Source: an uncultured Acidobacteriota bacterium (lineage in GTDB: Bacteria; Acidobacteriota; Thermoanaerobaculia; Gp7-AA8). From it: a stretch of 64,000 nucleotides of DNA. The notes beneath the pieces were generated by a model. The model was not told the origin of the DNA and made no database searches. It saw nothing but the letters and a program-made list of their open reading frames with translations. Of the stretch, positions 61,858 to 64,000 are shown one piece after another (position 1 is the stretch's first letter; each line of letters starts with the position of its first letter). The position numbers and the translations under genes were made by a program. The stretch covers positions 576,001 through 640,000 of the forward strand of contig CAVUKB010000007.1 in the NCBI GenBank assembly GCA_963741955.1, given 5' to 3'.

Positions 61858-64000
61858 ATGAAATCGCGCGTCTTCATCCTGATCCTGATCGTCCTGGTGA
61901 TTGCGGGACTCGCCGTCGTCCATTTTCGCTACCAGCCCGAGGGGATGGCGCGCCTGATCCGCAGCGGCGACGATCTCCGGGTCGTCACGGCCCGTATCGG
62001 TTGGGCGCCGCTGTATCTCGGGACGAGCAGCCTCGTGCAGCTCCGTAACGGCGAGAAGCTCGCGTATGCGGAGAGCTTTCCGGTGGAAGGAGGAACCGGG
62101 GCGGAGTACACGGCGGATGTCTCGTTCGGGTACGACGCGCCGAGGACCATTCCTCCTTCATGGGGGAGCGGATCGTTCAGCGATGTGCTCTCGCGGCACG
62201 TCCGCCAACTCGTCGCGCGATGGGCCGCCGCACAGCCGCTCACGACTGTCACCTCAGATTCTCGTGCGGCGGGACGACGGGCGGAAGAAGCGATCGCGCC
62301 ACAGTTGAGCGGCGACGGGATTCAGACCCAGGGGCTCACCATCCGGCTGCAGGTCCCCGACGCGCTCGCCGCGGTGAAGAACATCCCCGAGGTGACTGCA
62401 GCTGCGAAGACGTCGCGGAAGGTGATCTTCGTCGGACTGGACGGGGCCGACTGGGAACTGCTCGACGAATACATGGCCGACGGCTCGATGCCGAATCTGA
62501 AACAGCTCGTGGCCGAAGGATCCGGCGGGATTCTCGGCACGGAGCACCCGCCTCTCTCGCCGATCGTCTGGACCACCATGATGACCGGGAGGAGTCCGCT
62601 CGACCACGAAGTGCTCGATTTCACCCGCTTCAACCCGGCCACGCACGTGAAGGAGCCGATCACCAGCGACGAGCGCCACGTTCCGGCGGTCTGGAACATG
62701 GGAAGCTGGGGATCGCGCAAAGTGGCGGTCTTCGGACTGTGGGCGACCTATCCGGCGGAACCGGTGAATGGCCTCATTGTTTCTGATCGCCTGTTTACTT
62801 TCCTCTACAAAGAGAGCGCCCCTCCTCCGGGAGTGGTCTTCCCGCCGTCCAGAGAGAAGTGGGCGCGTGCGGAGCTCGAGCGGGTCGAGTCGTCGACCGA
62901 CTTCGGGAAGGTCCGGACGTATCTCCCGTGGTTGACGAAGGAAGAGTACGACGAACAGGTCGCAAGCCCCGACCCGTACAGCCATCCGATCAGCGCGCTC
63001 CAGAGGATCCTGGTCGAGACGGAGGTCTACAACCGGCTCGGGAAGGAGTACATCGGCGAGCACCACCCGGACGTCGCGGTGGTCTATTTTCAGGGCACCG
63101 ACAGCATCGGGCACATCTTCGCTCCCTTCGTTCCGCCGAAGCAGCCGGAGGTCTCTCAGGAGGACTACGACCGCTACAAGGAGGTCCCGAAGAAGTACTT
63201 CCACCGGATCGACGCGATTCTCGGCGAGTACCGTGAACTGGCGAAGAAGGAAGGCGCCGTCCTGATGATCGCATCCGATCACGGGTTCCGATGGCGCGAG
63301 GGGAGGCCGACGGAGCTGTCGAGCTTCGCGGCGGCCACGGCGGCGAAATGGCATCGCGAAGAGGGAATCTACCTCCTCTGGGGCGAAGGGATTCCGGCGC
63401 ACCCGGGGCATCCGGGCCGCGGTGGCGTGCGCCAGGTCTGCGCGACGCTTCTCGCGTTGAATGCCCTCCCCGAGGGGGCGCACGTCAAGGAGCCGCCGCT
63501 CGGCGGGGCCGAAGATCCGGCCACCACAGTGGTCGATTACACGAAGTACTATCAGCCGTATCGGCCGTCGACGGGCGCCGCGCCGGCTGGAGATGCAGAC
63601 GAAGCACTCGCGAAGCTGAAGGCGCTCGGCTACATCGGCTCCGCCGAGTCGGTGACCGCGGCGCCGGGAAGCCTCGATCCGGGATCGACGCGTACGGCCG
63701 GGTGGTACAACAACCAGGCTCTGATTCTCCGCTCGGAAGGGAACCGCGGCGGGGCAGTCACGGCATGGGAGAAGGCGATCCGGATCGATCCCGATCTCGC
63801 CTCCGCACTGTGGAACCTCAGCGACACGCTTTACCAGGATCGGAGGGAGGCAGACCGCTCCGATGAGCTCCTCCTCCGGGCGTTGAAGGACGGGCTCCCG
63901 GAGGGAAAGAAATTCGTGATCGGCCGGGCGATCGGATATCAGCGGAACGGTGAGGAGGATCGCGCGCTGAAGCTGATGTCGGGAGCGGTGGGAGCCGTCC
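61858..64000 (+). CDS. Alkaline-phosphatase-superfamily (type I phosphodiesterase-like) protein with TPR C-terminus; truncated by window end
   Basis: Own translation: N-terminal TM MKSRVFILILIVLVIAG, KVIFVGLDGADW, SPIVWTTMMTG, GTDSIGH, ASDHGF, LKALGYI, TPR helices; no stop seen before 64000. Confidence 0.85.
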   Translation, partial: MKSRVFILILIVLVIAGLAVVHFRYQPEGMARLIRSGDDLRVVTARIGWAPLYLGTSSLVQLRNGEKLAYAESFPVEGGTGAEYTADVSFGYDAPRTIPPSWGSGSFSDVLSRHVRQLVARWAAAQPLTTVTSDSRAAGRRAEEAIAPQLSGDGIQTQGLTIRLQVPDALAAVKNIPEVTAAAKTSRKVIFVGLDGADWELLDEYMADGSMPNLKQLVAEGSGGILGTEHPPLSPIVWTTMMTGRSPLDHEVLDFTRFNPATHVKEPITSDERHVPAVWNMGSWGSRKVAVFGLWATYPAEPVNGLIVSDRLFTFLYKESAPPPGVVFPPSREKWARAELERVESSTDFGKVRTYLPWLTKEEYDEQVASPDPYSHPISALQRILVETEVYNRLGKEYIGEHHPDVAVVYFQGTDSIGHIFAPFVPPKQPEVSQEDYDRYKEVPKKYFHRIDAILGEYRELAKKEGAVLMIASDHGFRWREGRPTELSSFAAATAAKWHREEGIYLLWGEGIPAHPGHPGRGGVRQVCATLLALNALPEGAHVKEPPLGGAEDPATTVVDYTKYYQPYRPSTGAAPAGDADEALAKLKALGYIGSAESVTAAPGSLDPGSTRTAGWYNNQALILRSEGNRGGAVTAWEKAIRIDPDLASALWNLSDTLYQDRREADRSDELLLRALKDGLPEGKKFVIGRAIGYQRNGEEDRALKLMSGAVGAV

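Overview
High-GC bacterial chromosomal window, mostly housekeeping. Gene content (Oar-like TonB receptor, Ser/Thr kinase with TPR, DUF1573, degenerate PilZ protein) is suggestive of Acidobacteriota, possibly Thermoanaerobaculia; this is inference only. Recognisable genes: fabI, an S9 peptidase, hutU, nth, yidD, mazG, a porin-pstSCAB-phoU-phoB-phoR operon, rpmE-DUF1385-prfA, mpl, a greA fusion, a ferredoxin, lepA, an RsbW/RsbV-like pair, selD with an in-frame UGA (probable selenocysteine), an EF-G2-type fusA, a reduced TldD/TldE-like pair, a carboxyltransferase beta subunit, a TonB-dependent receptor and a phosphodiesterase-TPR protein running off the right end. No rRNA, tRNA, CRISPR array or transposase was seen. 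The most unusual signals are non-coding. (1) A 2.2-kb array of nine 242-253 bp units, each a long hairpin built from two inverted REP-like palindromes, with shuffled variant sites, an orphan half-copy about 31 kb away and an unannotated 52-aa ORF just upstream. (2) A 159-bp palindromic MITE-like element flanked by CTAG, inserted in the last codons of a cytochrome c gene and extending its C-terminus. (3) A dispersed family of 7/9/14-bp intergenic tandem repeats.
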